Shown here in pieces: positions 1 to 13,414 of a DNA stretch of 64,000 nucleotides. Below the pieces are notes generated by a model, which was given only the letters and a program-made list of their open reading frames with translations, made no database searches and was not told the origin of the DNA. Source of the stretch: Callorhinchus milii (taxonomy: Eukaryota); assembly GCF_018977255.1 (NCBI RefSeq), contig NW_024704743.1, positions 88,538,001 to 88,602,000 of the forward strand. The letters run 5' to 3'. Both the position numbers and the translations under genes were made by a program. The stretch's first letter is position 1; each line of letters begins with the position of its first letter.

Positions 1-998
1 AGATTAAATGGCCCAAAGGACCTTCTTCATCCAAACCAATCTTGTGATCATAAGGTGGCTGAAGTTATGTATCGTATTAATATGATTTTCACTGATTAAA
101 CTTGGCCACTAATTTTAGTGAGTTGCTTACTATTATGCACCTCAATTGATAGACCTGTTCTAAACTTGTGATCAAGATAAAGTTTTATTTAAATTAGAAT
201 CATTTTATATGGATAAACACAATGAAGCACATTGTAAAGCAAAATTATCTCAATATAATTATATTTTCACACAATACTCAAAACAATTATAGGGCTTTAT
301 GCTGAGGTTTTCTTTAAGATGTCCATGTTGAAAATCTGCCATAACCTGTTGTTTGGTTGTCAATATTATTTAATTAACCGAAGAGACTTGTTGAAATTAG
401 TACTTTGAATGGATCCTATTGTATTTAAAATATATCTTTCATTTACTTTTTAAATCTGATTTAGAATTAATACCATAAATGTGGTATGTGTATCAGTGTT
501 TTATTTGCAGTGAATTATTTTCTGAAAAATGCACCTAAAGTAATGTATCATTGCAGAAGAAGCAGTTATCTATGTACCCAAGTACAGCAGGCTTTTAAAC
601 ACTCACCTCTCACACAAATAGATTTTAACAGCGACAATTATTTAATCTGTGTTGCAATAACCATTTCTTGAAGATTACTCTTATAATAAAGTAATAATAT
701 AAAAATATATTATTGCAGCAAGGTTCACATCAGCAACTCTGAACTCCATTTTTTCAATACCAATAGAATAACATTCTGCTGTCTTAATCTTTTATAGAGA
801 TAATTTAGCTGAAGACATAAAATCAATCAACAAGATGTACAGTAGGCATTAATGATTCACAGAGTTGGACTTGCATTATTCACTTTTCCTAGCCAGAGTT
901 ATGCACCTAATATCAACTGATTGGTTTATTTTAAAGTGAACTATCAAGTTCTATTTTACAATCCTGTACATTTTAAACACAATTTTCCAATCACTTAC

Positions 999-1076
999 TT
1001 TTTCCAGAGATTGCTGTTTTCCCAAAATTCATACAGTATAAAACGGGGTTCATTTGAAAGCTTCTGCACTGAAATG
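999..1076 (-). CDS. NECAB1: NECAB1 coding exon 11 (78 nt, ABM-like domain)
   Basis: tttatag|C ATT TCA GTG...TGG AAA AA|gtaagt = ISVQKLSNEPRFILYEFWENSNLWK, containing the YEFWE motif. Confidence 0.95.
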
Positions 1077-1185
1077 CTATAAAAATGAAATGAGTCATTC
1101 ACAAAAAATTAACATTTTATAGAATAATAACTAGAACTAAATTAACGAGAATGAACTACAACAGTATAAATTTATAAAATCTATT

Positions 1186-1782
1186 ACAACAACAAAATTA
1201 CATTCGTATAGCACCTTTCACATCAGGAGGACGTCCCAAGATGCTGCACAGACAGAGTTGTGGATCCAAGCTGGGGGTCGGAGAGGGTGGAGGGCAGTGG
1301 GGGAAGCAGGGAGATCGAAAGCACAGTCAAATAGGAGGGTCTTGAGATGTGTCTTGAAGGTGGCAAGGGAGAGGATGAGGCGGAGGGACTGTGGAATGGA
1401 GTTCCAGAGGGTGGGGGCAGAGTAGCAGAAGGCCCGCCTGCCAATAATGGGGCGAGCGAAGCAGGGGGACGTGAAGCAAGCTGGAGCCCGCTGAGTGGAG
1501 GGAGCGAGCAGGATTGTAGGGGGTTAGGAGGACGCAGAAGTAGGGGGAGCAAGATCATAGAGGGCTTTGAAGGTGAGGACCAGGGTATTGAACTGTATCC
1601 TCTGTGTGATGGGAAGCCAGTGGAGTTGGGCAAGGATGGGGGTGATAGGGTCACGGAGCCCAGTGCAGGAGAGGACATGGGCTGCAGAGTTCTGCATGAT
1701 CTGCAGCCTGGGGAGGGAGGAGTTGGGGAGGCCGACAAGCAGTGAGTTTGCATACTCGAGCCTCGTTGTAATGAAAGCATAT
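1186..1782 (-). mobile_element. L2 LINE, 3' part (ORF2 C-terminus, 3' UTR, GTT tail)
   Basis: Translates AFITTRLEYANSLLVGLP...LQIMQNSAAHVL...ITPILAQLHWLP, typical of L2 ORF2. It ends in a stem-loop and (GTT)n. Confidence 0.9.
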
Positions 1783-3543
1783 AACAGAACATGTAGGAGC
1801 AGGAGTAGGCCATTCGGCCCTTTGAGCCTGCCCCGCCATTCAATCATGGCTGATCTTCTAATCTAACTCCAGCTAATAACCTAACCCTGCCTTATCCCCA
1901 TATCCCTTAATCCCTTTTGCAATAAGAAATCTATCTATCTACCTCAGTCTTGAATATGTTCAAGGACTGAACGTCAACAGCCCTTTGGGGTAGTGAGTTC
2001 CATACATTCACTACCCTTTGAGTGAAGAAGTTCTTCCTCAACTCAGTGCGAAAGGGCTGGCCTCTGATTTTAAGGTTGTGACCCCTGGTTTTAGTTTCTC
2101 CAACCAGGAGAAACAATCTCCCACTATCTACTCTATCATGCCCTTTGATGATCTTATAGATTTCTATAAGATCCCCTCTAATTCTTCTATATTCTAGAGA
2201 ATATAGGCCCAAATTGGTCAGCCTATCCTCGTAACTCATCCCCTTCATCCCTGGTACTAACCTAGTAAATCTACGCTGCACCCCCTCCAAGGCAAGTACA
2301 TCCTTCCTTAAATAAGGAATATACACAGTATTCCAGGTGTGGTCTCACCAGGGCCCTATACAGTTGCAGCAAGACTTCCCTACTCTTATACTCTAATCCT
2401 TTCATAATGAATGCTAACATACCGTTCGCCTTCCTAATTGCTGCTGCACCTGCAGACTAACTTTCTGTGATTGGTGTACAAGGACACCCAAGTCCCTCTG
2501 GACGCTAACACATTCCAATCTCTCCCCTTTTAAAAAGTAACCCGCTCTACTGTTTTTGCTACCTAGGTGGATGACTTTGCACTTCCCTACATTATACTTC
2601 ATCTGCCACCTACCTGCCCAATCATCTAACCTATCTATGTCTCGCTACATTTTTTTAATGTTGTCCTCTGTGTTGACACTTCCTCCTAGTTTTGTGTCAT
2701 CTGCGAATTTAGATATATTAAATTTGATGTCCTCAACGATCATACATCAACGATCTAGATGGTAAATAGCTGAGGCCCAAGGATTGATCCTTGTGGCACT
2801 CCACTAGTCACATCCCGCCAATCTGAAAAGGACCCGTCTATCCCTACTCTTTGTTTCCTACCCGTTAACCATTCCCCAATCCACGTTAATATGCTCCCCC
2901 CAATTCCATGTGCCCTTATCTTTTCGACTAACCTTTTATGTGGCACCTTGTCGAATGCCTTCTGGAAGTCCAAACAGACCACATCCACTGATTCACCCTT
3001 AAATGGTTTACTCGAAATATCCTCAAAAAACTCTTTGAGATTTGTCAAACATGACTTCCCTTTTGTAAAGCCATGTTGACTTGGCCTAATTATATTGTGC
3101 TCCCCTAAATACCGCACTACCACATCCTTAATCAATGATTCTAAAATTTTTCCTATCACTGATGCGAGACTAACTGGTCTATAGTTCACTATCTTTTCCT
3201 TTCCACCTTTATTAAATAGTGGTGTGACATTTGCGATCTTCCAATTCATGGGGACTGTTCCAGAATCCAAGGAATTTTGGAAGATCAGACATAAGGCCTC
3301 CACTATCTCATCACCTACCTCTTTTAAATTATTTAAACAATAATTAAATTGGTCATTTTCAATCTACGACTGTTTGTGGGACATTGCTGTGCGCAATTGG
3401 CTGCCGCGTTCGCCCACAAATATACAGTCAATTCACTTTACAGTGTGTTCTGTGAAGCGCTTTGGGACGTCCTCCTGACGTGAAAAGCGCTATATCAAAT
3501 GCAAGGATTATTATTAAAACCCTGGGATTCAAGCCATCCAGAC
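1783..3543 (-). mobile_element. CR1 LINE, 5'-truncated and decayed (RT domain plus 3' UTR), inserted into the L2
   Basis: Contains [52 protein letters not shown] and LEGVQRRFTRL, with stops and frameshifts. CATAT occurs at both junctions. Confidence 0.93.
3329..3515 (+). mobile_element. 5'-truncated tRNA-derived SINE inserted in the CR1
   Basis: Near-identical to the 3' half of the SINE at 29938-30257. It splits the CR1 motif NPRVL|KEV. Confidence 0.88.
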
Positions 3544-3925
3544 CATATGTGAGGGTTTTGGCGGCCTGCAGTGTGAGACAGTGGCGGAGCCGGGCGACGT
3601 TGTGGAGGTGGGAAAAGGCAGAGTGGGTCATGGCATAGATGTGGGGTAGAAAGGATAGTTGAGGGTCAAACAAGACGCCAAGGTTCCGGACTGGCTCAGT
3701 GAAGTGGAGTGTGCAGTGCAGCCATAGATGGTGATGCTGTCAGCGCCTGAGGTGTGGAGATGCTGACGGGAGCCAATCAGGAGAGCTTTGGTCTTATTGA
3801 CGTTCAACTAAAGAAAGTTAGCTCTCATCCAGGACTTGATGTCCGACAGACATTCTATCAGGACAGCAGTGATCCTGGAGTCAAGGGTCCAGGCAGAGAG
3901 ATAGAATTGGGTGTCATCCGCGTAC
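3544..3925 (-). mobile_element. L2 LINE, continuation of 1186-1782
   Basis: FDPQLSFLPHI...LHNVARLRHCLTLQAAKTLTY runs directly on into AFITTRL. YADDTQFY lies near 3900-3925. Confidence 0.88.
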
Positions 3926-4019
3926 ATGTTATTAGTGCATATTGAGTGTATAAATGAAACCGCACTTACAAGGGAATACAGTATAATGGGGCTGAACTGT
4001 ATATGGTTATAAAAGTAAT

Positions 4020-4280
4020 CTTTTCATTTAGTATAGCTCCTCTCACGCCAGGAAGATGTCCCAAAGCGCTTCACAGGCTATACCATAAAGTGGAGTGACT
4101 GTATGTTTTGCGCATGAACACAGTAGCCGCAAACAGCCAAGAAGTGAATGACCAAATTTATTTACGGGATTGTTGGCCAGGACACCGAAACTCTCTTTTC
4201 TTTATCAATAGTGCCAATGGGATCTTTAACATCAACCTGAATAGGCCTCAGTTTAACGTCTCATCTGAATGACGGCTCCA
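4020..4280 (-). mobile_element. Old DeuSINE (SacSINE1-like) fragment
   Basis: Reverse complement resembles the 36458-36830 element (gatgttaaagatccc...gcactat...gtgtcctggccaaca). Confidence 0.7.
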
Positions 4281-5214
4281 GGTTATATAATCCCTGCATT
4301 TAGTTTGCTTTTTTAATCGCATCACTACACTGGTATTGAAATTGATAGGCAACCATCACTATTATAGGTGGGATACATGGAATTCACAGTTTGGTTTGGA
4401 TACTTTTAAGCATAATGATGGTTTTCCACAAGTGTCAGACATCCAGCTGAACACAAAAAGAATACTAACCCTTTCTAGATCTCCCTACACACCTCTTTTA
4501 CCTTCCACACTTCTTTAATCTCCCACTGTTAAGACTATACAATGATATTTAGCAGCAGGTGGGCAACATTCTGAATTTACCGGAATGTGAATTAGTTTGT
4601 ATGACTATAAGCCCTATAAGAACTCTTGGTGAACCACTACAAAGAATAGTTTCATAAAGGGATTTAATACTTTGCATATATATGCCTATCACTCCTGTTA
4701 CCCATATATGCCTATCACTCCTGTTCGTGCAGGGCTCCACTGACTCCCAACGGATTGACATAAAGATTACTCACGCTCACACACCAACAAATCCCTATTC
4801 ATCCCCATCCATGAATCACTAAAATAAAATAATAATAATGATTATTATTATTATCTCTGTTATCTTCATCAGTCTTCATGAGGGAGTTATTATTATTATC
4901 TCTGTTATCTTCATCAGTCTCACTCACCTGCTTGCCCCTTCCTGTCGGCAAACTCAGGCTTGCTGCACACTCGTCACTCACCCATCATTAGTGGCTGAGC
5001 TTTCAGACATTATGCCCTTACCCCCTGGAACTCCCTCCCCAAATCACTCCACCTCAACTCTATATATAAAACCCTGAAATCTCATCTCTTCCTCTGTGCT
5101 TACCTTCTCTCTCCCCTACCCGCCCTGCATGGTGTAAGGCACCATCTCTGTAAAGCATTTCAAGATGTTGCCCTATATGAATACTGCTATATAAAAACAA
5201 GTTGCTGTACTTAC

Positions 5215-5327
5215 TGCAAAGCCCCCGTTTGTGGAGTAACAGACTCTACGTACTGCCTCAAAGCTAGACGAAATTCTTCCAACTCCTCTTCTAGCACAGA
5301 TATCTGACGCTGAACAATCAGGATGTG
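5215..5327 (-). CDS. NECAB1: NECAB1 coding exon 10 (113 nt, start of ABM-like domain)
   Basis: aaccag|CAC ATC CTG...TTG CA|gtaagt = HILIVQRQISVLEEELEEFRLALRQYVESVTPQTGAL(H). It lies inside track ORF 5211..5417. Confidence 0.95.
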
Positions 5328-6410
5328 CTGGTTAACAAAACAAATGCATAGTAAAAAAATATTGTTCAGTAATAACCTTACAGTTTTGTCAGGTATAAAT
5401 CTAATCGGCATTGGCACATGACTTTTGATATTGCTGAATTATTTTGGCAGCTCATCCACAGCAGTGTCCCACAAACAGCCATGAAGTGAATGACTAATTT
5501 TATCTGGATGATTATTAGCCAGCTATTCAGAGAAGCTCCCTTCTCTTTCCAAAGAGTGCCGTGCGATCTTCAACATCCATCTGAAGAGGCAGACAGTTTA
5601 GGCTGCATTCTCAGAGAGCACACAGCATGCTAACATTTTACAAGCTGATGTGCAAAATAACCCATGTTGCCTGCAGTGATTTTATCAGGAAAGCAACTTA
5701 CACAAAAACACTGTAATTTCCACATTCAAAATCATAGGTTTGGAAATGCAGATAATTCAATATGAAAGTATGGAAATTTTTACTTGTGGGAAACCTCCTT
5801 GAGGGGTATTGCCTTTTCAGAAAATAATCCAATTTGAAACTCGGCAAAGGTTGTAGGCAGATTTTTCTCCAATATAAATATGACATCTTCAACAAGGGAA
5901 ACTACACTTCAAAAAACAGTGGAGCCTGACTTCAATAGCCTTTGGAATGCATAGCTCCAATTGGCTTAAACATTACTGATCCAAGCCTTCCAGTATGAAG
6001 CTGTTCGAATGAGGTTTGTCAGTAAATACTGGGGAATGTTTCAATGCACATCAAGATATTCATTGCTTTTTTTGGGGTGGAGTGGAGGAGTCGGTGGTAG
6101 ATCCAGTTGTGACAATGTAGTTGGCACATCGCTGCAGAATCAATCTGTTCACTTTGTAGGTCTTGCTGGAAGTGTAGTCTTTAAACTGGAATATTTATGC
6201 ATGAATGTTCATATCAAAATCATATGACTGATGGTAATCTGGTACAAATGTTCTTGTATAACAAGGATATCAATGGGATGGGATTGGCCTAATTTCTTCT
6301 CAATTAATAAATTTTGTAAAAATGCATAAATTCACCTTTGCAAATAGGTTTGTTTATTCCTTACATTTCTAGTGACACTAGAAACGTAATGTAATTCAAA
6401 ATGATCTTAC

Positions 6411-6464
6411 TGATTTGGTGTTTCCCTCCAATACTTCTTCTTCCAGTGGTTCAAGCTTCAGGTC
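6411..6464 (-). CDS. NECAB1: NECAB1 coding exon 9 (54 nt)
   Basis: acacag|GAC CTG AAG...ACC AAA TCA|gtaaga = DLKLEPLEEEVLEGNTKS. Confidence 0.95.
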
Positions 6465-6959
6465 CTGTGTAACAAATACAACATTAGAAAGAGATGGATT
6501 TATCCAAAAATGTGGTAGAAAACATTTCAAAACAGTACGTAAAATACCTGCTTCACGCTCAAAAGAGATCTCTGGAATCTTGTACTTGGTCTAGTCAATT
6601 CTAAACTCTAAAAAAATGTTTAGAGTGTAATATCATACATCATATTTGTATGACAAATTTAGCTACCGTGCCCCTAATCTTTGGATCTCCCTCTCTGTCC
6701 CCTTCTCTTGCTCCCTCTTTGTCGGTCTTCAAATCCCATCTAGAAAGCTATTTCTTCGGTCACACTTACTCATCTCCCCTTTCCCTCTCCCTCGCAAAGC
6801 ATCCAATCCTGTTTCTATAAAATGTTCTGAGACATTATCCTACATGAAGGCAGCTATATGAATGTAAGTTGTACAACTCAGTGTTAAGCTGCTAATGTTG
6901 ACAAAGAACCATATACAATGATTACTTATGGATGATCTAGGTGCTGTTTGGTGTACTAC

Positions 6960-7510
6960 CAAATGCTACCATGTATTCTGGTCACCAAAGCAAAAGCGGG
7001 GTGCCAGGCTGTAAAGGCAGTGCAGAAGAGAGCAACAAGGATGATCCCTAGTGTTGGAGATATGTGTTATGAGCAATGATTAGACAAGCTAGGGCTCTTC
7101 AGTTTTGAGGGAAGATAATTTAGAGGTGGGATTTAAAAATGGGATTTAAAAATGTAAACCCAGATTAATACTTTAGGAATCAGTAAGTAAACAGAACAAG
7201 AGGACATAGATTTACATTTGTAAAGGGCCATTTCAGGACAGGTACCAGGAAGTTGTTCTTTATCCACAGTGTAGTCAATGACTGAAACAGGTTGTCAGGA
7301 AAGGTAGTTGAGGCAAGAACACTGGGCTCGTTTAAAAAGTGGCTTGATGCTATGATAGGAGGGCTGGTAATAATAATAATCCTTGCATTTGATATAACCA
7401 CTTATCACATCTTCGAGATGTCTCAATTCGTTTTGAGGGACGGTAGGGTAAGTGTTCTGGAGGATGACACTAGATGGGCTGAAGGCCCTTTTTCATCCAA
7501 ATCAATCTTA
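6960..7510 (+). mobile_element. Decayed CR1 3' fragment with a short SINE tail inserted at about 7367-7430
   Basis: VQKRATRMIP-like codons and a 3' UTR ending gatgggctgaaggccct. Confidence 0.7.
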
Positions 7511-7829
7511 TGATGTTGTCATTGCTGGATACTGTTTCATGCTACCAAAAAAAATCCTTAAATGTTGCACTTCAATTTTAAGAGTAACATGAATATATGT
7601 GTTGAGCGGGATTACTGCGAGCGTGTGGCATGTTAGGTAACAACAATATTTACTGTTTTGCCTGAGGCAGTTACCACACTTGTCTACACCAACTCCAAAC
7701 AAGATGTTTGCACATCACACAGTAGGCAAACAATTCTTGATTGCTGTTTTATTTATTCTTACCTCATGAATGTTATGAAAGGAAACTTCAGCAAGCAGGC
7801 TCCTTGAGTAAGAGTGTGTTAATTATAGT

Positions 7830-9050
7830 AACAACAATAACTTGCATTTATATAACATTTATATTTTATTTGCATTTATACTTATATATATGTTTGCATT
7901 TATCTTTCATGTTAGAAGGAAGCATGAAAACGTTTCACACAATTGACTGGGAGTATCATTCAAGAGATAAATTTTAAGCCAAAGTTTTGAAGGCATAGAG
8001 GGAGAGAGCAAGGTGGAGGGACTGTGGGATGGATTTCCAGAGAACAGAAGCAGCAAAGGGTCAAAGGAAGTCGGATAGGTGGGCAAGGCAGAAGCCATGG
8101 AAGCATTTAAAAGCGATAACAAAAAGTATTTTAATTTTTTCCCCTCACTGGCAGATGGGGAGCCAGTGAAGCTAAGTGTGGATAATAATATAAAATAATA
8201 ATAATCCTTGCATTTGATATAACGGAAGGGGTGAAGGCTCATAGCGCCTGTTGCGGAAGAGGTGGGATCAAAAGGAGATGATCGAGGATAGAGACCAGGG
8301 GAATGGCACACACGGTTATGTCGGTGCAGGAAGAGAAGCCATTAAACGGGACATAGTGAAGATGATGGGACAAGTTGGAATGCAGAGCCACGGAGATGTA
8401 TTAGAGAGGATAGACATTGGAAAGGGATGGAGTGGTTGATAGTATCAAAGGCATAATGTGACGGTAGATAGAGGGTTTAGAAGGGTCCAGCATAGGTTTT
8501 TTTGAGAAGGGGGTAATGTTGGCAATTTTGAAAGGGAGTGGGTACTGTGCTGGTGGAGACATCACCTGGAAGAGAGGTGAGAAGAAGCAGCTGGGTGGCC
8601 ACGTGGTGCACAGGAATAGGGTCAAGAGGACTGGATCTCATACAGGAGGAGAGGGTTGCGGGGAAGAGAGGATCATCATCAACAAGAACAACTTGCATTA
8701 TATATAGTGCTCTTCAGGCCGGACAGGGTCTTGGAGCGTTTGAAAAGACAAAGGCAGCTGAGATGATCGTGTTAATTTTGGACACCAGGAAGTCCATGAC
8801 CTTCTTGCATTTGGAGAACAAAATGACAAAGAAGGTGGTGTAGGAGGGTGGGCGGAAGAGGTGGTTAATGATGGAGAAGAGAAGCCTGGGGCTTTCTTCG
8901 CCTTTCAGGATGATCCTGGAACAGAAGGAGGATCTGTCTGAGGGGAAGAAACAAAGGTAAGTCTTTGGTGTGGTTCAGCCAGATCTGGCTGTCGAGCGTG
9001 AGACCAGATTTGAGGATCTGTGATCTGATGCCCAGGCTTTGGAGTTCAGA
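7830..9050 (-). mobile_element. Cluster of decayed L2 fragments
   Basis: VPTPFKIANITPFSKKPMLDPS-like translation across frameshifts, with several tail remnants. Confidence 0.65.
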
Positions 9051-9304
9051 GCTGTGACTGTTGTTCCTGGGAATCTTACAAGGATAGGAGGCAGTTTGTA
9101 CTACATCTATCATCTTACTGAAACAAAAATAAATACAATTGTCAAAACATAGACAGGTATAATAGATTTTTTCGTTCCATGAAAAGAATGTTATTTCTCT
9201 CTCCTGCAGTTACCAATATTTGTGTGAAGCAGTAAATCACAGTGAGAAATGTATATTAGTATTGCTTTAGGAAGTCTCAAAGTCCATACAATAATTACTA
9301 GAAA

Positions 9305-9630
9305 GCAAAATGACTCTGTATTTGTAGGCAAACTCTGCAGCCAATCTGCACACAGCGATGTCCCACAAACTGCCAAGCAATGAATGACCAATTTAGTTCA
9401 AGGATTGTTGTCCAGGCCATTGGGACAAACATCTTTCTCTTTTTGAACAGTGCCACAGGATCTCTGACGTCCACCCGAACAGGCAGATGGGACCTCCGTT
9501 TAACAACTTATCCAAAGGATGACAGCTCAAATCTTGCAGTGTTCCCGCAACACTGCAGGAATGTCAGCCTGGAACATGAGCTGAAAAGCATTTCAACGTG
9601 ATAAAGCACTATATGAAATGCAATGATCAT
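9305..9630 (-). mobile_element. Old DeuSINE fragment
   Basis: Deu-type motifs (agtgccacaggatct...acgtccacccgaacaggcagatgggacctccgtttaac), just downstream of exon 8. Confidence 0.7.
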
Positions 9631-9685
9631 TAGTGGAAGTAATGATCTCAGTGTTCTCTTAGCCTCTTTATACAAAAAAGTCTAC

Positions 9686-9765
9686 CTTCTTCTCCAGGCG
9701 GTCAATCAGCTTCTGCAGTCTATTTATCTGGGTCATCCACTGGTTGTCTTCCTCCATCTGGGGGC
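9686..9765 (-). CDS. NECAB1: NECAB1 coding exon 8 (80 nt)
   Basis: caaag|GC CCC CAG ATG...GAG AAG AAG|gtaga = (G)PQMEEDNQWMTQINRLQKLIDRLEKK. It lies inside track ORF 9668..9892. Confidence 0.93.
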
Positions 9766-10966
9766 CTTTGGGAGTAGGCAGAAGGCAATAAATATACCAT
9801 GAGTTTATAATTGCATGTATAAAATGTTTGATGGTAAGGCTTGATTTCTGAGAGACTTTTGCCACTGGAGTACACAGAAGGTGATTTTTCATCCATCGGT
9901 GTTGGAGAAAGTTACATTGAATTATTTTTAACAGTTAAATTGAACATCCATTTCTGGATGATCCTCAGATACTAAGAAACTTAAATAGGGAAGGCAGTTG
10001 TGCAGGTTAACTTGCAAGTCTATTCCTTGCACTTTGGGCATGATGTATATTTTACTGACGTGATTGCATGCTGAATAGTTATTGGAGGAGAGCAGTGAGA
10101 CATGCACTGGCTCTGTTGTGTGGAATAAAAATTAAACACTACACACAACCCTATTATTTTGTGAACATCGTAACAGCATGTTAAAATTACTCTGTAACCA
10201 CAGCACAGCTACCAAAACACAAATACGAGGCATGAAAATTATTCTGGCACCTTGCATCTTTTTGTCATTACAATACCTTCCCATAAGTTTTGAAAAAATG
10301 AGTGTCGTTGGAACCATCAGAACAACAAGATGCAATTTAAATTGCTTTAAATTCTGACAGCTCCAGGGTTTAAACTCAGAATTGAAGGATCTTTGGATTT
10401 AGCCTGGAAGATAATCAATCACTAAGACATGCTTTGTATTTGCAGTAATTTGAATCAGTAGTTGGGCTGATAATAATAATAATCCTTGCATTTGATATAG
10501 CGCTTTTCACATCTTCTAGACAGCTCAAAGAGCTTCACAGAATATACTGTAAAGTGAATTGGATGTAAATTTGTATATACATATATACACAATATATAAT
10601 AATAATCCCTCAAAAAGTATTGATCATTTTCAATCCATGTTATATATATGCTGTATGATGTGTGTGTATATATATGTATATGTATATGATGGGAGGAGGA
10701 GGTGGGAAGAAATACCGAAAGGTGGGGTATTTATTGTATAATCTCACAACAGTGTAGATCTGCATGTTGTAAATAAAGATTGAGAGATACAATTGGAGAA
10801 TCTTGTCGGTAAACAGAACCACTTCACATGGACCTTCATTGTATAGTTCTAGGCACCCCACAGTAGGATTCCCACAGGTCACAATAACAGATTTCTGGTT
10901 GTAGGTAGAACTCCCTGGTTGCAAACTAGAGTCTGCAATACACTTCTGTCACAAATCATAATCAAA

Positions 10967-11330
10967 TATAATAATACTTGCATTTGATACAGCGCTTTTC
11001 ACATCTTCTAGACATCTCAAAGCTCTTCACAGAATATACTGTAAAGTCAATTGACTGTATATTTGTGGGCGAAACGCAGCAGCCAATTATGCACAGCAAT
11101 ATCCAATGAACAGTCATGGATTGAGTAACCAAATTATTATTTTTTTTAGGGATCATTATCCCCGGAAAAGCGATCTGCCAATCATCTAACAATTGGGTTC
11201 CTACTTACTGCTAGGTAAAGAGCAGGGTGTGGAGTAAGGAAACTTGCCCAACATTTCGCTCTGCTGGGAATAGAACCAAGGTCTCTCACTTGCGAGGCGA
11301 GTGCTCTAACCATTGAGTTACAGATCTCCA
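10967..11330 (-). mobile_element. tRNA-derived SINE, long form
   Basis: tRNA-like head, the extra tttacctagcagtaagtaggaac segment, shared body and (ATT)n tail. Confidence 0.85.
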
Positions 11331-11940
11331 TGAATCAGTACAAATTAAGTCTTTCCACCTCTCTTTGTCCTTGGATTGTAGAGACAGTGGATTTTCAGGT
11401 GATTTTTAATTATTCACTTCAATGTATCCAGCTCTTAAGTAATAGTTAAATCTGTGACCTAGAAGTGTCCAGCAAACTAGCAATAAACATCAATAGTGAT
11501 GGTTATTTATGATATTTTGAGAAGCTCCTAATGGAAATTATACAATACAATAAAAAATTACATTTGTAAAGCGCCTTTCATGTCTGGGGGATGTCCCATG
11601 GTGCTGGACAATCAGGGATCTGCACCCGAGCTGGTGGTTGGGATTGCAACAATGATGAAATCATCTATCCTGTAGAATACTAGTTGCGATAAAGTAATAA
11701 CAGTGTCATAAAAATAATCCTTGGCCATACTCTCGATTCACAGCATTTCTACATTGTGAAAATCCAGTTCACAATTAGTAGCAATTTCATTGTATTCATG
11801 ATAAGTTTTCAATATAGTAGTTTTATTATGGGTATTCTGTACCCAGAGTTGCAGGGTGGTACCCAATACATTCCAGTGATACAATGTCTCCACGGCATGT
11901 CCCATTTCCAAGAGATGAAATCACATGAATAGTTTACTGG

Positions 11941-12765
11941 GCAACAACAACCAACAAGATTCCATTTATAAAGCGCCTTTCACGTCAGGAGGACGTCCCA
12001 AGGCGCTGCACAGTTGGGTCATGACCCGAGCAGGGGGGAAATGGTCAGGGTGAGGGGGGAAGGGAGGGAGCGAGGAGGGGGGAAATGGTCAGGGTGAGGG
12101 GAGGGAAGGGAGAGAGCGAGGTGGGGGAAGAGAGTCGAGAGTGGAGCTGAAGGCACGGTCAAAGAGAAAGGTTTTGAGACCGGCCTTGAAGGAGGAAAGG
12201 GAGGAAGCGGCAAAGGCACTGGGGGATGGAGTTCCAGAGCCTCGGGGCTGAGAGGCTGAAGGCCCGACCACCGATGGTAGGGCGGTTGGGGCGGGGGACG
12301 TGGAGCAGACCAGAGCCAGAGGAACGGAGGGTACGGGCAGGTAGGTAGGGGGATAGTAGGTTGGAGAGGTAGGAGGGAGCAAGGCCGTGAATGGCCTTGT
12401 AGGTGAGGATGAGGATCTTGAAATCAATCCTCTGGGGATGGGGAGCCAGTGGAGGCGAGCGAGGGTGGGAGTGATGTGGTCCCGAAGCCTGGTGTGGGAC
12501 AGTACACGAGCTGCAGAGTTCTGAATGACCTGCAGCTTGTGGAGGGAGGTGCCGGGAAGGCCGGCGAGGAGAGAGTTCCCATAGTCCAGCCTTGAGGTGA
12601 CAAAGGCGTGGACCAGGGTTTCAGCAGCGTGAGGGGTGAGGTAATGCCGTAGTCTGGCGATGTTCCGAAGGTGATGGAAGGCGGTGCCAGTTGTGGTGCG
12701 GATGTGAGGGAGAAAGGACAGCTCAGGGTCGAACAAAACGCCGAGGTTCCTGACTGGCTTTGAGA
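11941..12765 (-). mobile_element. Young 5'-truncated L2 LINE
   Basis: Track ORF 12089..12808 includes VRNLGVLFDPELSFLPHI...HAFVTSRLDYGNSLLAGLP...LARLHWLP. CpGs are retained and the 3' stem-loop at 11973-12006 is intact. Confidence 0.93.
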
Positions 12766-13292
12766 GGGCAACATGTTTCTGAGATACTGCTGACTGTTTG
12801 TGGGACACTGCTGTTTGGAATTGGCTGTCGTGTTTTCACCCACAAAATATACAGTCAAATCCCTTTACAGTATGTTCTGTGGAGCACTTTGAGACGTCTC
12901 AAAGACGTGATAAGGCACTATATCAAATGCAAGGATTGTGGTTTTTTATTATTATTTGTATTATTGTTCTGTCCTTCCTGATCCACATATACCATACCTA
13001 GAACTATAGGGAATGGCCCCACAGAGGATGGAAGAACTGCCATCCTTCAATACTATGAATTGTCACCAACAAAATCTTATAAAACACCAATAAAACACTG
13101 AGGCAGCAAACATTGTAACATCTAGAGCACAGAAAACACCATTAGTACTGTCCTATGGCTATCATTGCTTATCTTTCAAAGCTCAAAACACTTGTGACAC
13201 ATATTTAATGATACCACTACATCCAATTGACAATGCAATCAAATGCAAAATTCTTTTATCTTACCTTAAAACGTGTGGTACATTAGACTGAC

Positions 13293-13414
13293 CTGAGCTT
13301 AAGAAGCTGAAATTTGAATTGTTTGGAGACAGGCTGTTGTTTCTCTGAAGTCTCCGATTAGATCTTTTTCCCGACCACTGAATCGACAGAACTTCAGGTT
13401 TCACGGGACCCTGC
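13293..13414 (-). CDS. NECAB1: NECAB1 coding exon 7 (122 nt)
   Basis: ttacag|G CAG GGT CCC...AGC TCA G|gtcagt = QGPVKPEVLSIQWSGKRSNRRLQRNNSLSPNNSNFSFLSS. The KPEVLSIQW motif points to NECAB1 rather than NECAB2 or NECAB3. Confidence 0.95.

Noticed and set aside
4841..4922. Tandem CTGATGA boxes on the minus strand as a hammerhead or C/D snoRNA
   Set aside because: There is no GAAA box and no closing stems. A simple tandem duplication explains it.
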